64,000 nucleotides of DNA. Origin: Candidatus Thorarchaeota archaeon. Its GTDB lineage: Archaea > Asgardarchaeota > Thorarchaeia > Thorarchaeales > Thorarchaeaceae. The stretch is from positions 64,001-128,000 of the forward strand of contig SDNP01000001.1 in assembly GCA_004524445.1 (NCBI GenBank). Direction: 5' to 3'. A program made the position numbers and the translations under genes. Under the pieces are notes generated by a model. The model had not been told where the DNA came from. It worked only from the letters and a program-made list of their open reading frames with translations, and did no database searches. Each line of letters opens with the position of its first letter. Within the stretch, counting starts at the first letter, position 1. This document shows, one piece after another, positions 21,368 through 31,421 of this stretch.

Positions 21368-22321
21368 TTGTCAGGGCAGAAAATGGAGTGGCACTTAATG
21401 CAGCAATGGATTGACTTAGCCTGGCGCCTCGCAGTGTTCTATGTCTTCATCGTGCTAGGTATTCTCATATCAAGAAAGTTGCAGGAAAATGATACTGTAG
21501 AGCGATTTGTCACACAACTACTCATCAACGTCATGCTCCCGCTTCTCATGATTGATACTCTTTTGGACACCGCAGGGGAATTGCTATCAGAAGTTGCTAT
21601 AATCGTTCCAATTGCTGTGCTGGCTCACGTTCTTGGACTACTGATATTCTATCCTCGTGTGAGAGGCCTTGATTTAGACAATTCGAAAAAAGGGGCTCTG
21701 CTTCTCTGTGTGACCTTCAATAATGCAGTCTTTCTTCCTGTCCCCTTGGTATTGATGTTTATGGGTGACGTAGGAATACCCGTCATCGCCCTTTATGCAG
21801 TCGTAGAAATGATCTTATTGGCGATAGTTGGCACTGCTTTGGGAGCTGCCTATAATGTTAGCGAGGCAAAGCGGCTCGAGATGATAAAAAAAGCACTCCT
21901 ATTTCCACCTCTACTCGCTGTTTTGCTCGGACTGTTCTTGGCGAGTCTTGGACTTCAAATTCCGTCCATATTTAGTCCAATAACATCCGCAAATAGTACT
22001 GCCATAACATATCTCGCTCTATTGGCAGTGGGACTAAGCCTTGGAAGAAATATTGCATCCTCCGAAATCAGAACTGCACTGGAAGCGGTTGGAGTAAGAC
22101 AGGTTCTTGTGCCCTTGGTGATGTGGGTCATACTTGCTTTTGCGATGGTTTCGGACACTACACGCAGTGTCTTGCTTCTGGAAGCAATGATGCCCCCTGC
22201 GGTCTTCACCGTTATCTATGCCTCCGCACTGAAATTGGACTCGGAAACTGCAGCTAGTGTAGTGACTATTGGAACTCTGTTTTTGCTTCCGGTGGTTCCA
22301 TTTCTTGCATTCATCATCTGA
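21368..22321 (+). CDS. AEC (auxin efflux carrier) family transporter
   Basis: About 10 TM helices; FNNAVFLPVP and AMMPPA motifs; start uncertain. Confidence 0.8.
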   Translation: MSGQKMEWHLMQQWIDLAWRLAVFYVFIVLGILISRKLQENDTVERFVTQLLINVMLPLLMIDTLLDTAGELLSEVAIIVPIAVLAHVLGLLIFYPRVRGLDLDNSKKGALLLCVTFNNAVFLPVPLVLMFMGDVGIPVIALYAVVEMILLAIVGTALGAAYNVSEAKRLEMIKKALLFPPLLAVLLGLFLASLGLQIPSIFSPITSANSTAITYLALLAVGLSLGRNIASSEIRTALEAVGVRQVLVPLVMWVILAFAMVSDTTRSVLLLEAMMPPAVFTVIYASALKLDSETAASVVTIGTLFLLPVVPFLAFII

Positions 22322-22378
22322 GAGTGTATCTTCTTACTATCTCAAATAATATAACAGATAAAGAAAACATGTAGATTC

Positions 22379-22702
22379 GTGTTCAAGTTGCCAGAGAATG
22401 AAAAAGACCCTGAAGCAATTAGAGATTCCCTTGATGATATTGTAGAAAAGCTTGACCAGACAACATCTTCCAGTCAGCAATGGGGAGAAACAATGAGCAC
22501 CAATAGAGAGCGTTGGGAGGAGCTGAAGGCGCAAATTCACAGTAGGCAGAAGCGCTTGAAGGAACTGGTTCTTGAGAAGAAGGCTGGAAATATAGGTAAG
22601 GAAGAGTTTGATGAAAAATACCAGAAGATACAGAAGGAACTAACCGCTTTGGAATTTCAAATATACAATCTTCGACTGGGCACCGAGGTTGAAGTTGAAT
22701 AG
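22379..22702 (+). CDS. Small coiled-coil hypothetical protein
   Basis: 107 aa, charged heptad pattern. Confidence 0.6.
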   Translation: MFKLPENEKDPEAIRDSLDDIVEKLDQTTSSSQQWGETMSTNRERWEELKAQIHSRQKRLKELVLEKKAGNIGKEEFDEKYQKIQKELTALEFQIYNLRLGTEVEVE

Positions 22703-22743
22703 TTCTTTTGGGCAATCGTTAATGCAACAACTGAGGTTTGTAA

Positions 22744-23790
22744 TCAATCTATACTTGATTTTCGCAGCAGCAGAACTGCTTCAGCAATTGCAAAAATTGC
22801 AAGAATTGATGCCAAACCAACTAGTGCATAAGTGACTATTGGATTGATTCCTCTTTGCTGCTCACTTTCAAGGGCAGAAGATATTGCTCCAAGATTATAG
22901 GTCATAACAGAGAGATAGTCAGACATTCCGGAGAAGAAAATAACCCGCCACCAAACTACTTGTGTAGACGTATCCTCGCCCAATTGTCTAGCGAATTCTC
23001 CACCTGCTTGAAGCCTTGCAATATCTGATCCTATAATCAAGTCGATGGTACCATTTGCCAATGCCAATTGAACTTGGAGAAGTTCTGCTCCTGAGATGAA
23101 TACATTCTCTCCCTCTTGCAATACACCCACGACCTCTATCCCGAAAGCTTCTGCTACATATGCCTCCGCTGGAAACACTACCACTGCCTTTAACGAGGAA
23201 AAACCTAGTTCATCATCGGTATCGCCAACAAGTTCGAGGAATCGTTCAATTCGTTCTACAAAATCATCGAACATTGACTGCCAGAACCAATCAAGACTAG
23301 GATACAATTCACTCAAGGAACTCCTCGTTGCGTTCGCTATCGCTCTGGCATTCTTAGGAAGGAGCCAATAAGAATGTGGATTGCCGTCCTCATGGTCATG
23401 ACCGTCTTCCTCATGTTCTGCATCTCCTGGAATCGGAGATAGTTCTGCGCCATAGTCCTCGTAGTCTTCCAATGAGATGTAGGGTTTTCCGGTTTGGTTA
23501 ATGAGGTCTTCCTCCCACGGAAAATGCCCTGTGAGGATGAGGAGGTCCGCATTATTTGCTGCCTCAACAGATGATTGTGGTAGTTGAGAAGCATGTGGTT
23601 CAATACCTTCAGGCAGAAGTACAGTGGTTTCAACATATGACCCGCCTATGTCATCAACTATACCTGCTAGCGGGGCAACAGCCACTGCGAGCTGAAGTAC
23701 TGGCCCCTCCTGAGCAATGACCGGGATTGAGAGAGCACTGTATGCGGAAAGTAGGAGAAGAACCAAAATCGCATTTCTTGATAGCTTCAT
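22744..23790 (-). CDS. znuA: Zn/Mn ABC transporter substrate-binding protein with C-terminal TM anchor
   Basis: EPH motif, His-rich loop HEEDGHDHEDGNPH, signal peptide. Start ATG 23790 preferred. Confidence 0.82.
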   Translation of the reverse strand: MKLSRNAILVLLLLSAYSALSIPVIAQEGPVLQLAVAVAPLAGIVDDIGGSYVETTVLLPEGIEPHASQLPQSSVEAANNADLLILTGHFPWEEDLINQTGKPYISLEDYEDYGAELSPIPGDAEHEEDGHDHEDGNPHSYWLLPKNARAIANATRSSLSELYPSLDWFWQSMFDDFVERIERFLELVGDTDDELGFSSLKAVVVFPAEAYVAEAFGIEVVGVLQEGENVFISGAELLQVQLALANGTIDLIIGSDIARLQAGGEFARQLGEDTSTQVVWWRVIFFSGMSDYLSVMTYNLGAISSALESEQQRGINPIVTYALVGLASILAIFAIAEAVLLLRKSSID

Positions 23791-23849
23791 GAACGGTATC
23801 CTCTTGGTTATTAACACCAACCGGTACATGTTAATATCTTTCTACATAG

Positions 23850-24662
23850 GTGTCAATCGAGATGAAGTCAGCTCCGTTGCTCGAAGCTAACAATGTATCT
23901 GTGAGATATGCTAATGGAGAAGTTGCTCTGCGCAACCTAACCTTCCAAGTCGACCAACCATCTTTTGTGGCGATAGTCGGTCCGAATGGTTCAGGCAAGA
24001 GTACGCTTCTGAAGACCGCTCTTGGCCTCTTAGAACCATATCAAGGTGATATGCGTGTGTTGGGTTTCGACACAATTTCGCAGAGTGCGAGTATCCGGAA
24101 GAGAGTTCGATATGTACCACAGCGTGATCGTATTCAGCTCACCGTGCCGCTAAAAGTCAAAGATATTGCAGTTATGGGCCGTTTGCTTAAGAAATCTCCT
24201 CCAAGGTCAGCCTCCGATGAGGACATAAACCGGACCCATGAGGCTCTAGAGATGGTAAATATGGATGAGCTTTCGGATAGACCCTTCAACGAGTTATCTG
24301 GCGGGCAGAGACAGAGGGTTCTTGTCGCCCGTGCTCTTGCAGGGGAAGGTCCTCTAATGATGCTTGACGAGCCCCTTGCTGGGACAGATGCAGAAAGCCA
24401 GAATCTCATTGTGGATGCGTTGGGAGAATATCACAAAGATACGGGAGTGAACGTAATCATGGTTACGCATGATCTCAACCCCATCCATACTCTTGTCAAA
24501 GATGTGTTGATGATGAAGAACTCGCTTGTTGGCATTGGGACCCCCTGCGATGTGATGGATCCAAAAGTACTCGAAAAAGTCTATGGACCGGGTGCTAGAG
24601 TGTTAGAATATGCAGGACATCGCTACTGTGTAACCCGTGATTCAGGAGTTGATAGACATTGA
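23850..24662 (+). CDS. znuC: Zn/Mn ABC transporter ATPase
   Basis: GPNGSGKST, YVPQ, LSGGQRQR, LDEP. Confidence 0.85.
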   Translation: MSIEMKSAPLLEANNVSVRYANGEVALRNLTFQVDQPSFVAIVGPNGSGKSTLLKTALGLLEPYQGDMRVLGFDTISQSASIRKRVRYVPQRDRIQLTVPLKVKDIAVMGRLLKKSPPRSASDEDINRTHEALEMVNMDELSDRPFNELSGGQRQRVLVARALAGEGPLMMLDEPLAGTDAESQNLIVDALGEYHKDTGVNVIMVTHDLNPIHTLVKDVLMMKNSLVGIGTPCDVMDPKVLEKVYGPGARVLEYAGHRYCVTRDSGVDRH

Positions 24663-25600
24663 TTGATTTGCTGATTCAGCTCCTATCTACCCCCTTCATT
24701 CAGCGTGCCCTAATAGGTGCAATCCTTGTTGCAGTAGTTGCCTCTGCAAGTGGCACATTCTTAGTCTTCAGAGGGCTCTCTTTCATGACGACCGGTGTTG
24801 CGCATGCTGCTCTGGGTGGTGCAGCATTGGGTCTATTTCTGCAGTATACAGGAATAGCTCCTTGGTTCGACCCCCTTCTGGGTGCAATTGTCTTCAGCAT
24901 ATTTGTAGCTATGATAACCGGTTATGCAGGAGAGAAAGGGGTTGCTCAAAAAATGGAGGTTGCGGTCGGAGTTTCCTTCGCTTTATCGATGAGCATTGCT
25001 GTCTTTCTAATGTACTACATCCCTCCAACTCAGGTACCTCAAATATGGGGATATCTCATCGGCGATATTTTGTTACTTGATAATCTGGATATCGTGCTAT
25101 TGGCGGGTACTGCCGTCATACTCGTGATTATCACACTTATTTTCAACAAGGAATTCATCTATGTCAGCGTGGATATGGAAGGCGCAACTGCACATGGACT
25201 GAACAGCCGCGCCTACCACTATCTAATGCTTATTACTTCGGCCTTGGCTATTTCATTTGCGACAAAAGCGGTCGGCGCGATTCTCGTGTATGCAATTATG
25301 GTGGCGCCAGCTGCAGCTTCAAATGAATTAGTCAGTTCTGTTCGGGGAGTATTCATCTCTGTATTTGCCATTGCGTTACTATCTGAGTTTGTTGGAATTG
25401 CTGCATCATTTACCGTTCAAGCCTCACCAAGTGCCATAGCTGGAATAATTGCAGCACTGTCCTATGTAATAGCAATGCAAGTGAAAAAGATGCGTGACCG
25501 AGCTCAAACAATGAAACAGGCGGAAACTGATGCGTCTAAACAACAGGACACAGTCAAGCAGTCTTTACATTCTCATCCAGGGCATGATCCAGCTCATTAG
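24659..25600 (+). CDS. znuB: Zn/Mn ABC transporter permease
   Basis: GVAHAALGG; ABC-3 type TM pattern; 4-nt overlap with znuC. Confidence 0.85.
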   Translation: MIDLLIQLLSTPFIQRALIGAILVAVVASASGTFLVFRGLSFMTTGVAHAALGGAALGLFLQYTGIAPWFDPLLGAIVFSIFVAMITGYAGEKGVAQKMEVAVGVSFALSMSIAVFLMYYIPPTQVPQIWGYLIGDILLLDNLDIVLLAGTAVILVIITLIFNKEFIYVSVDMEGATAHGLNSRAYHYLMLITSALAISFATKAVGAILVYAIMVAPAAASNELVSSVRGVFISVFAIALLSEFVGIAASFTVQASPSAIAGIIAALSYVIAMQVKKMRDRAQTMKQAETDASKQQDTVKQSLHSHPGHDPAH

Positions 25601-25681
25601 ACATTACACAAACCTTCTCATGTCGGTATCTTTAAGTGGGGTTGCTAAACTTCGACGAATTCGAGGTCGGTGTGAACGACA

Positions 25682-26074
25682 TTGAGCAATGAGATTCCTG
25701 AACGCGATGAGGTACTTCGATCCACAATCATTACCGTTGTATTGTCAGCTATATTTCTTGCATTAGCTATCACATTCTGGGCATGGTCTGCTCCTGATAT
25801 TACAACACCACTAACTGCCCTCAATGATATCAACCCGTTTATTGCCCCCTTGTTAGAAACTCTATTCATGCTTGTGACATTCATATTCCTTACCGTGACC
25901 GTCGTGAATCTGAGGTTGTATCTTACCAAAGTACGTGCAGGCTGGACTGAAATCATATTGATGTTGATTTTCATCGGCGTTGCATCTTATGTGATGTTTG
26001 AGTATGCAGTTGCCATAGCTACCGTTGTTCTCTGTCTGGGATTTGTAGCATATCTTTACCTGTTGCAGGAATAG
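25682..26074 (+). CDS. Small 4-TM membrane protein
   Basis: 130 aa hydrophobic ORF. Confidence 0.65.
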   Translation: MSNEIPERDEVLRSTIITVVLSAIFLALAITFWAWSAPDITTPLTALNDINPFIAPLLETLFMLVTFIFLTVTVVNLRLYLTKVRAGWTEIILMLIFIGVASYVMFEYAVAIATVVLCLGFVAYLYLLQE

Positions 26075-26283
26075 CAAAACTGCCGGAATGCATTACGCGT
26101 AGGAACTGCACCAGAAGCTTTATGAGCTTACTACAGGGTAGTCGATACAAGGCTGAAGGCAATCATGCCCAGGCCGATTGAATACGGTGATTCTCAGCGA
26201 ACGTCTGGAACTGTCAGTCAAGCCCACAACTTGAGGGTCTGGCTTCCAGAAGTCTACTGGGTTTCGCTTGGAGGAAAATTACT

Positions 26284-27024
26284 ATGTTTGGCGTTTCAGG
26301 CAAGGGTTACGATACCAGTACAAGTATCTTCAGTCCCGAAGGTCGCATTTTTGCCGCAGAATATGCAAAGAAAGCTGTGGAGCAAGGGGCGACTACTCTT
26401 GGCGTACAGGTCAAGGAGGGTGTGATACTTCTTGCCGAAAAGAAGCTACAGCCCTTGCAGGAACCGGACAGTATCGAAAAGATTGCAAAGGTCGATGATC
26501 ATATTGGAGTATCGACATCTGGCTTTATGGCAGACGCAAGGCAACTCATTCAGGAGGCTCGAGTTAAGGCTCAGTCCTATTGGCTGACTTACGAAGAGCC
26601 AATTCCTGGTGAAGCGCTTGCAGAACACATCTGCAATGTTAAGGTAACCCGCCTCTCACTTGATATGAGACAGGGTGGGCGTCCTTACGGTGTTGCCATG
26701 CTCATCGCATCTGTTGATCATGATGGCACTCCACGACTCTTTGTGACCGATCCTGTTGCAACTTACCGTGGCTATCTTGCTGCAGTCATTGGACGTGGCA
26801 GCGATATCGCTGGAGAGTATTTGCAGAAGAACTACAAGAGAACAAAGAAGATGGACTCAGCCATACATTTAGCGCTCGCAGCTCTACGAGAAGCGAGTGA
26901 TAGCGAACTAGATTCTGAAAACGTCGAGATTGCAACGATTCCTGTGAAGACACACAAGTTTGAGAAGCTCTCCAATGAGGAGATAGCGGAGATTCTCGCC
27001 GAAGAAACTAGTAAGAATAAGTAG
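26284..27024 (+). CDS. psmA: Proteasome alpha subunit
   Basis: GYD...FSPEGR...EYA, GFMADAR, RPYGV; GGAGG upstream; head of the exosome superoperon. Confidence 0.93.
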   Translation: MFGVSGKGYDTSTSIFSPEGRIFAAEYAKKAVEQGATTLGVQVKEGVILLAEKKLQPLQEPDSIEKIAKVDDHIGVSTSGFMADARQLIQEARVKAQSYWLTYEEPIPGEALAEHICNVKVTRLSLDMRQGGRPYGVAMLIASVDHDGTPRLFVTDPVATYRGYLAAVIGRGSDIAGEYLQKNYKRTKKMDSAIHLALAALREASDSELDSENVEIATIPVKTHKFEKLSNEEIAEILAEETSKNK

Positions 27025-27040
27025 GAGTTGACAGGTAAAC

Positions 27041-27772
27041 ATGGTTGGCGGCGGTTCAGGTCAAAAAACAGGCGATAAGTGGCTCGACCTTGATGCAGTT
27101 GTTGTGGGCATTCAGAAAGGTCATATGAGATTCGAGCTGTTTGTAGACCCTGACTTGGCTTTTAGGTATCGAAGAGGTGAGAATATCCCTCTGCAAGATA
27201 TTCTGAAGAGCTATGAAGTCTACGAAGATGCCAGAAGAGGAGAGAGGGCTACAGAAACCCTCGTTGAAGATGCTTTTGGGTCCGACGATGTATTTGACAT
27301 TGCACCTGAGATTCTCCAGTATGGAGAATTCAAGCTTACACATGAACAGAGAAAGCAACTAACTGAAGAGAAGAGAGAAGAAATTGTTCACAATATCTCC
27401 AAGCGGGCAATGAATCCCCAGACGGGGCATCCCCATCCGCCAGACCGAATTCGGCAGGCGATGGAGGAGGCAAAGATACGTATTGATCCATTCATAAGTG
27501 CTGAAGAACAGGTTCCGGGAATTGTAAAATCACTCCGAGTGATTATTCCTATATCCTTCGAAAGCGTGAAAGTGAGAATCTCAATCCCAGCATCATATGC
27601 GGGCAAAGGCTACAATCTTGTTGCCAACGCTGGAGTCATTAAATCTGACGACTGGGAACCTGATGGATCATGGAAGGGGCTCGTTGAAATTCCCGCATCA
27701 AAAAGACAAGAACTTTACGACGACCTGAACAAGTTAACCAAGGGTCAGGTCAAATTAGAAATAGTACGTTAA
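27041..27772 (+). CDS. Ribosome maturation factor SBDS/Sdo1
   Basis: RFELFVDP, NPQTGHPHPPDRI; conserved position after psmA. Confidence 0.92.
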   Translation: MVGGGSGQKTGDKWLDLDAVVVGIQKGHMRFELFVDPDLAFRYRRGENIPLQDILKSYEVYEDARRGERATETLVEDAFGSDDVFDIAPEILQYGEFKLTHEQRKQLTEEKREEIVHNISKRAMNPQTGHPHPPDRIRQAMEEAKIRIDPFISAEEQVPGIVKSLRVIIPISFESVKVRISIPASYAGKGYNLVANAGVIKSDDWEPDGSWKGLVEIPASKRQELYDDLNKLTKGQVKLEIVR

Positions 27773-27838
27773 GATACAGGCCCGGATTAGAGGGTCTTTC
27801 ATTAAAAAATAAGATAGAAGAATTAGAGAGGGAACACA

Positions 27839-28642
27839 TTGGCAGTTTACTTTGAAAAAAGAGAAATAGTTGTTCCTGGACAGCTCTTGGCCGAGGGTCG
27901 ATACAGAGCCTCCGTCGGGACTTACATGGAGGGTGAGAATGTTTACTCAACCATCATGGGTCTGGCAGAGCTTAAAGGAAATACAGTAAGAGTCGTGCCC
28001 CTTCAGGGAGTTTATATCCCTCGTGAAGGAGATTTAGTACTTGGCACAATAACCTACGTGGCGGGAAATAACTGGAAGGTTGACATTGGTGGACCTTACC
28101 AGGCTTCGATACATGCAAACAACGCCCTGAGAAGACCCTATGATGACGACATATCAAAATACATGGATGTCGGAGATGTCATAGCGGCAGAGGTTTCAGC
28201 TTTTGATCGAGTTACTGGGCCCTATCTCACTATGAAGGGAAGAGGTCTGAGAAAGCTCGAAGGCGGAATGGTTGTACGTGTGAGTCCGGCTAAGATTCCA
28301 CGCATCATTGGCCGAAAGGGCTCAATGATCAAGATGATTATGGATACGCTGAAAATCAAGGTCATGGTCGGGCAGAATGGCAGGATTTGGGTCGATGCGC
28401 CAACGATTGATGTTATGCGCTTGGCCAGAAAAGCCTTCAGAATGATTGAAGATCAGTCACACACATCCAATTTGACCAATAGAGTCGAAGAGATGCTGAA
28501 GGAAGAGATGGCCAAACTTGAAGAGGCTGAAGAATCTGACGAGGCCGACGAAGAAGAGTCTACTGAAGATTCAGAAGAATTAGACGAAGAAGAAGAAACA
28601 GAAGAAGAAGATATTGAAGAAGAGGAAGTGAATGAAGAATGA
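27839..28642 (+). CDS. rrp4: Exosome RNA-binding subunit Rrp4 with acidic tail
   Basis: VVPG, YIPREGD (S1), PRIIGRKGSM (KH), GQNGRIW. Confidence 0.93.
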   Translation: MAVYFEKREIVVPGQLLAEGRYRASVGTYMEGENVYSTIMGLAELKGNTVRVVPLQGVYIPREGDLVLGTITYVAGNNWKVDIGGPYQASIHANNALRRPYDDDISKYMDVGDVIAAEVSAFDRVTGPYLTMKGRGLRKLEGGMVVRVSPAKIPRIIGRKGSMIKMIMDTLKIKVMVGQNGRIWVDAPTIDVMRLARKAFRMIEDQSHTSNLTNRVEEMLKEEMAKLEEAEESDEADEEESTEDSEELDEEEETEEEDIEEEEVNEE

Positions 28643-29439
28643 GTCAAGAAACAAAGCCCGATTATTTGATTAATCCAGAGGGGCTAAGACTTGATGGACG
28701 CAGGCCAGATGAAATGAGGCCTGTGGAAATGAAGGTAGGTGTCCTTAAGCAGGCAGATGGATCTGCCTCAATACGTCAAGGCAAAACCTACATCATAGCA
28801 GCAGTATATGGACCCAGAGAACTACACCCAAGGCACCTTACATTGAACGATAGGGCATATCTTAGGGTGGCATATCGAATGACCACGTTCTCTGTTCCGG
28901 ACAGGAAACGACCAGCACCCTCTCGAAGAGAGAGAGAAATTTCGATGGTCATTGCAAACGCATTAAGCCCTGCTATATTCCTTGAGGAATTTCCCAAGGC
29001 AGTAATCGACGTCTATGTTACCGTTATCCAAGCTGATGGCGGAACGCGGTGTGCTGCAACAAATGCAGCCTCCTTGGCATTGGCTGATGCAGGGATTCCC
29101 ATGAGAAGCTTGGTTCCGTCAATTGCTGTAGGAAAAGCGGAAGGAAAACTCCTAGTTGATCTCGGTGACCAGGAAGACAAATACGGTGGAGGCGACATTC
29201 CTTTGGCGATACTACCAGAAAATGAAGAAATTGTGCTTTTACAGCAGGATGGTTCCTTCACTCGCGAGGAGATTGTTGAAGCAATCAAGATGGGCATCAA
29301 TTCATGCAAGTATTTGCATGAACTTCAGAAAGATGCTCTGAAAATGGCCTATTCTAAGAAGGCCCCCGCGGATGATGAAGACTACGAGGATGACTTAGAA
29401 CATGTCCCTGGTGAAGATTTTCCGGAGGAGGATGAGTAG
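28639..29439 (+). CDS. rrp41: Exosome catalytic subunit Rrp41
   Basis: RLDGR, VYGPRE, ADGGTR, ALADAGIPM. Confidence 0.95.
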   Translation: MSQETKPDYLINPEGLRLDGRRPDEMRPVEMKVGVLKQADGSASIRQGKTYIIAAVYGPRELHPRHLTLNDRAYLRVAYRMTTFSVPDRKRPAPSRREREISMVIANALSPAIFLEEFPKAVIDVYVTVIQADGGTRCAATNAASLALADAGIPMRSLVPSIAVGKAEGKLLVDLGDQEDKYGGGDIPLAILPENEEIVLLQQDGSFTREEIVEAIKMGINSCKYLHELQKDALKMAYSKKAPADDEDYEDDLEHVPGEDFPEEDE

Positions 29440-29441
29440 AA

Positions 29442-30269
29442 ATGGGTGACTTTAGTGGTGAAGTAATTAGCCACATTGATAGAGAATACGTTCGTCAGCT
29501 ATTGGACAATGGTGAACGCATTGATGGCCGTGCCTTTGATGAATATCGACCGGTCGAAATAGAACTCAACGTAGTTCCTGCTAAAGCAGAGGGTTCTGCC
29601 CTAGTCAACATTGGTGATACCAGTGTAGTTGCAGGCGTCAAAGTATTAGTTGGAGATCCATACCCAGACACACCTGATCAGGGAGTTACTGTGGTCACTG
29701 CTGAGCTACCACCATTGGCATCACCAATGTTCGAACTTGGTCCACCACGACAAGATGCCATTGAGTTGGCACGTGTTGTGGATAGAGGTGTACGCGAGTC
29801 TGAGAGCGTTAACGTTTCTAAGCTCGTTATTGAGTCTGGAAAGAAAGTCTACCTAATCTTCTGTGACGTTTATCCACTAGAATATGATGGGAACTTGATT
29901 GATGCATCCTCATTGGCTGTGAACGCCGCACTGGGTTCAGCTCAGTATCCTGAGATGAAGCTCGAAGACGGTGATCTGGTCGAGACCGGAAAAATACTCA
30001 AAGTGCCCGTCGAAAATCACGCCATCGAGTGCACAATTGGCAAGATTGGCAAGCACCTGGTCATTGACCCTCATATCAAGGAGGAGATGGTTCAGGACAG
30101 CCGGTTAACGGTGGCTGTAGATGAGTCTCAGAATCTTACCGCAATCCAGAAGGGTGGTGGAGTCGGCCCGATGACATTGGATGAAATAGACCAATCCATG
30201 GGAATGGCGCTTGAAGGTTCAAAGCAGCTCCGAGAGATTCTAGAGCAGGCTTTGAAAGAAGTAGAATAG
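29442..30269 (+). CDS. rrp42: Exosome subunit Rrp42
   Basis: RIDGR, PYPDTPDQG, ELARVVDRGVRES, DGNLIDA. Confidence 0.95.
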   Translation: MGDFSGEVISHIDREYVRQLLDNGERIDGRAFDEYRPVEIELNVVPAKAEGSALVNIGDTSVVAGVKVLVGDPYPDTPDQGVTVVTAELPPLASPMFELGPPRQDAIELARVVDRGVRESESVNVSKLVIESGKKVYLIFCDVYPLEYDGNLIDASSLAVNAALGSAQYPEMKLEDGDLVETGKILKVPVENHAIECTIGKIGKHLVIDPHIKEEMVQDSRLTVAVDESQNLTAIQKGGGVGPMTLDEIDQSMGMALEGSKQLREILEQALKEVE

Positions 30270-30278
30270 CGGAATAAT

Positions 30279-30309
30279 GAGGTGGAGAGAGGGATTTTCC
30301 CTCTCCTCT
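30279..30309 (+). terminator. Hairpin after rrp42 (possible terminator or processing site)
   Basis: GAGAGGGA-TTT-TCCCTCTC inverted repeat at 30287-30305. Confidence 0.45.
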
Positions 30310-30423
30310 TCAGCCGCTAAATAGGTATGCTAATAAGGCTAACCGAGGGCGACTGCCTGACTTCATCAGCGCTCTCATAAGCTATTGTTTTGAAGTCAAA
30401 TTATCACGCGAGGCGAACATCAG

Positions 30424-30852
30424 ATGGGAAGAACAAAGAAAGTTGGAACCACAGGCCGACTTGGAGCTAGATACGGTGCAAAACTTCGTAGGACTGTTCT
30501 CGATATTGAGAAGCGAGGGGATGAGCCCCATCGCTGTCCATCTTGTGCAACAAGAGCACTCAAGAGAAAGGCAGCTGGTCTTTGGGAATGCCGCAAGTGT
30601 GAGCTAATTTTTGCTGGTGGCGCATATGTACCATATACGGACGCTGGTAGAGCGGCACGGAGAGCCATTGCACAACGTGTAGCCGGTGACTTCCTCTCGC
30701 TCCGTGAAGAAGAAGATGTAGAGTCATTGGAGTTCCTGCCTAATGTAGAGGAAAGGCCTGTAATTGAGGCAACTGATGTTATGGAAGGCGAAGAAGAAAT
30801 CGAAGAACCTATTGAGAATTTTTCCGAAGAACCGCCTGAAGACGAATTCTAG
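30424..30852 (+). CDS. rpl37ae: Ribosomal protein eL43 (L37Ae) with acidic C-terminal extension
   Basis: TKKVGTTGRLGARYG, CPSC..CRKC, AGGAY. Confidence 0.93.
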   Translation: MGRTKKVGTTGRLGARYGAKLRRTVLDIEKRGDEPHRCPSCATRALKRKAAGLWECRKCELIFAGGAYVPYTDAGRAARRAIAQRVAGDFLSLREEEDVESLEFLPNVEERPVIEATDVMEGEEEIEEPIENFSEEPPEDEF

Positions 30853-30863
30853 GACGGACACCG

Positions 30864-31421
30864 TTGGCTTCGGTTTTGTTGACCACTAGTAGAAGAACCT
30901 CAGATAGAGTACGTTCATTCGTAAGAGATTTGGCGCATTCAATTCCGGACTCTGTTCGATTCAATCGCGGCAGTATGAATATGGTTCAGCTTCAAGCACG
31001 AATAAAACAAGTCGAAGCGAATGCGGCCATTATTGTTTCTATGTTCAGAGGAAATCCGGGCGAACTCAGCTTTATTGACGATTCAGGAGGTGAGATTCTG
31101 AATATACGCATGGAGAGTGCGGCATTGCGCAGAGAAGTTTCGCCCGATTCTAGTACCAAGAACATCTCTTGTTTGGGTGTAGCTGTTAAAGAAGACAGTA
31201 GTAAACATACACTTGGTTTAGCCAAGGAGTTAGCAGACTTGTTTAATGTGCAGTTTCAGCTGATTGCTTCTCCATACGATGTCACAACTAACCATTCAAG
31301 GCATAGCTTCCTTTGGTTCGAGGACCTCAACAAGGGCAAAATTCTTTGGACACATTATGTAACAGATCGGCATACAGAAATTGGTCCAAGAATCAGAATA
31401 TCATCCCTGAGACGTGGCTAA
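30864..31421 (+). CDS. Brix/Imp4-domain rRNA maturation protein
   Basis: LTTSRRTS.RVRSF, RFNRG, GNPG, EIGPRI. Confidence 0.85.
   Translation: MASVLLTTSRRTSDRVRSFVRDLAHSIPDSVRFNRGSMNMVQLQARIKQVEANAAIIVSMFRGNPGELSFIDDSGGEILNIRMESAALRREVSPDSSTKNISCLGVAVKEDSSKHTLGLAKELADLFNVQFQLIASPYDVTTNHSRHSFLWFEDLNKGKILWTHYVTDRHTEIGPRIRISSLRRG

Noticed and set aside
26648-26679. Bulge-helix-loop-like hairpin in psmA where the protein has ~3 extra residues
   Set aside because: Canonical cleavage would remove 11 or 13 nt and frameshift an intact ORF; there is no second bulge or intron stem.
28520-28640. GAAGAA-rich low-complexity tract as tandem repeat or CRISPR
   Set aside because: It simply encodes the poly-Glu tail of Rrp4; no repeat-spacer periodicity.
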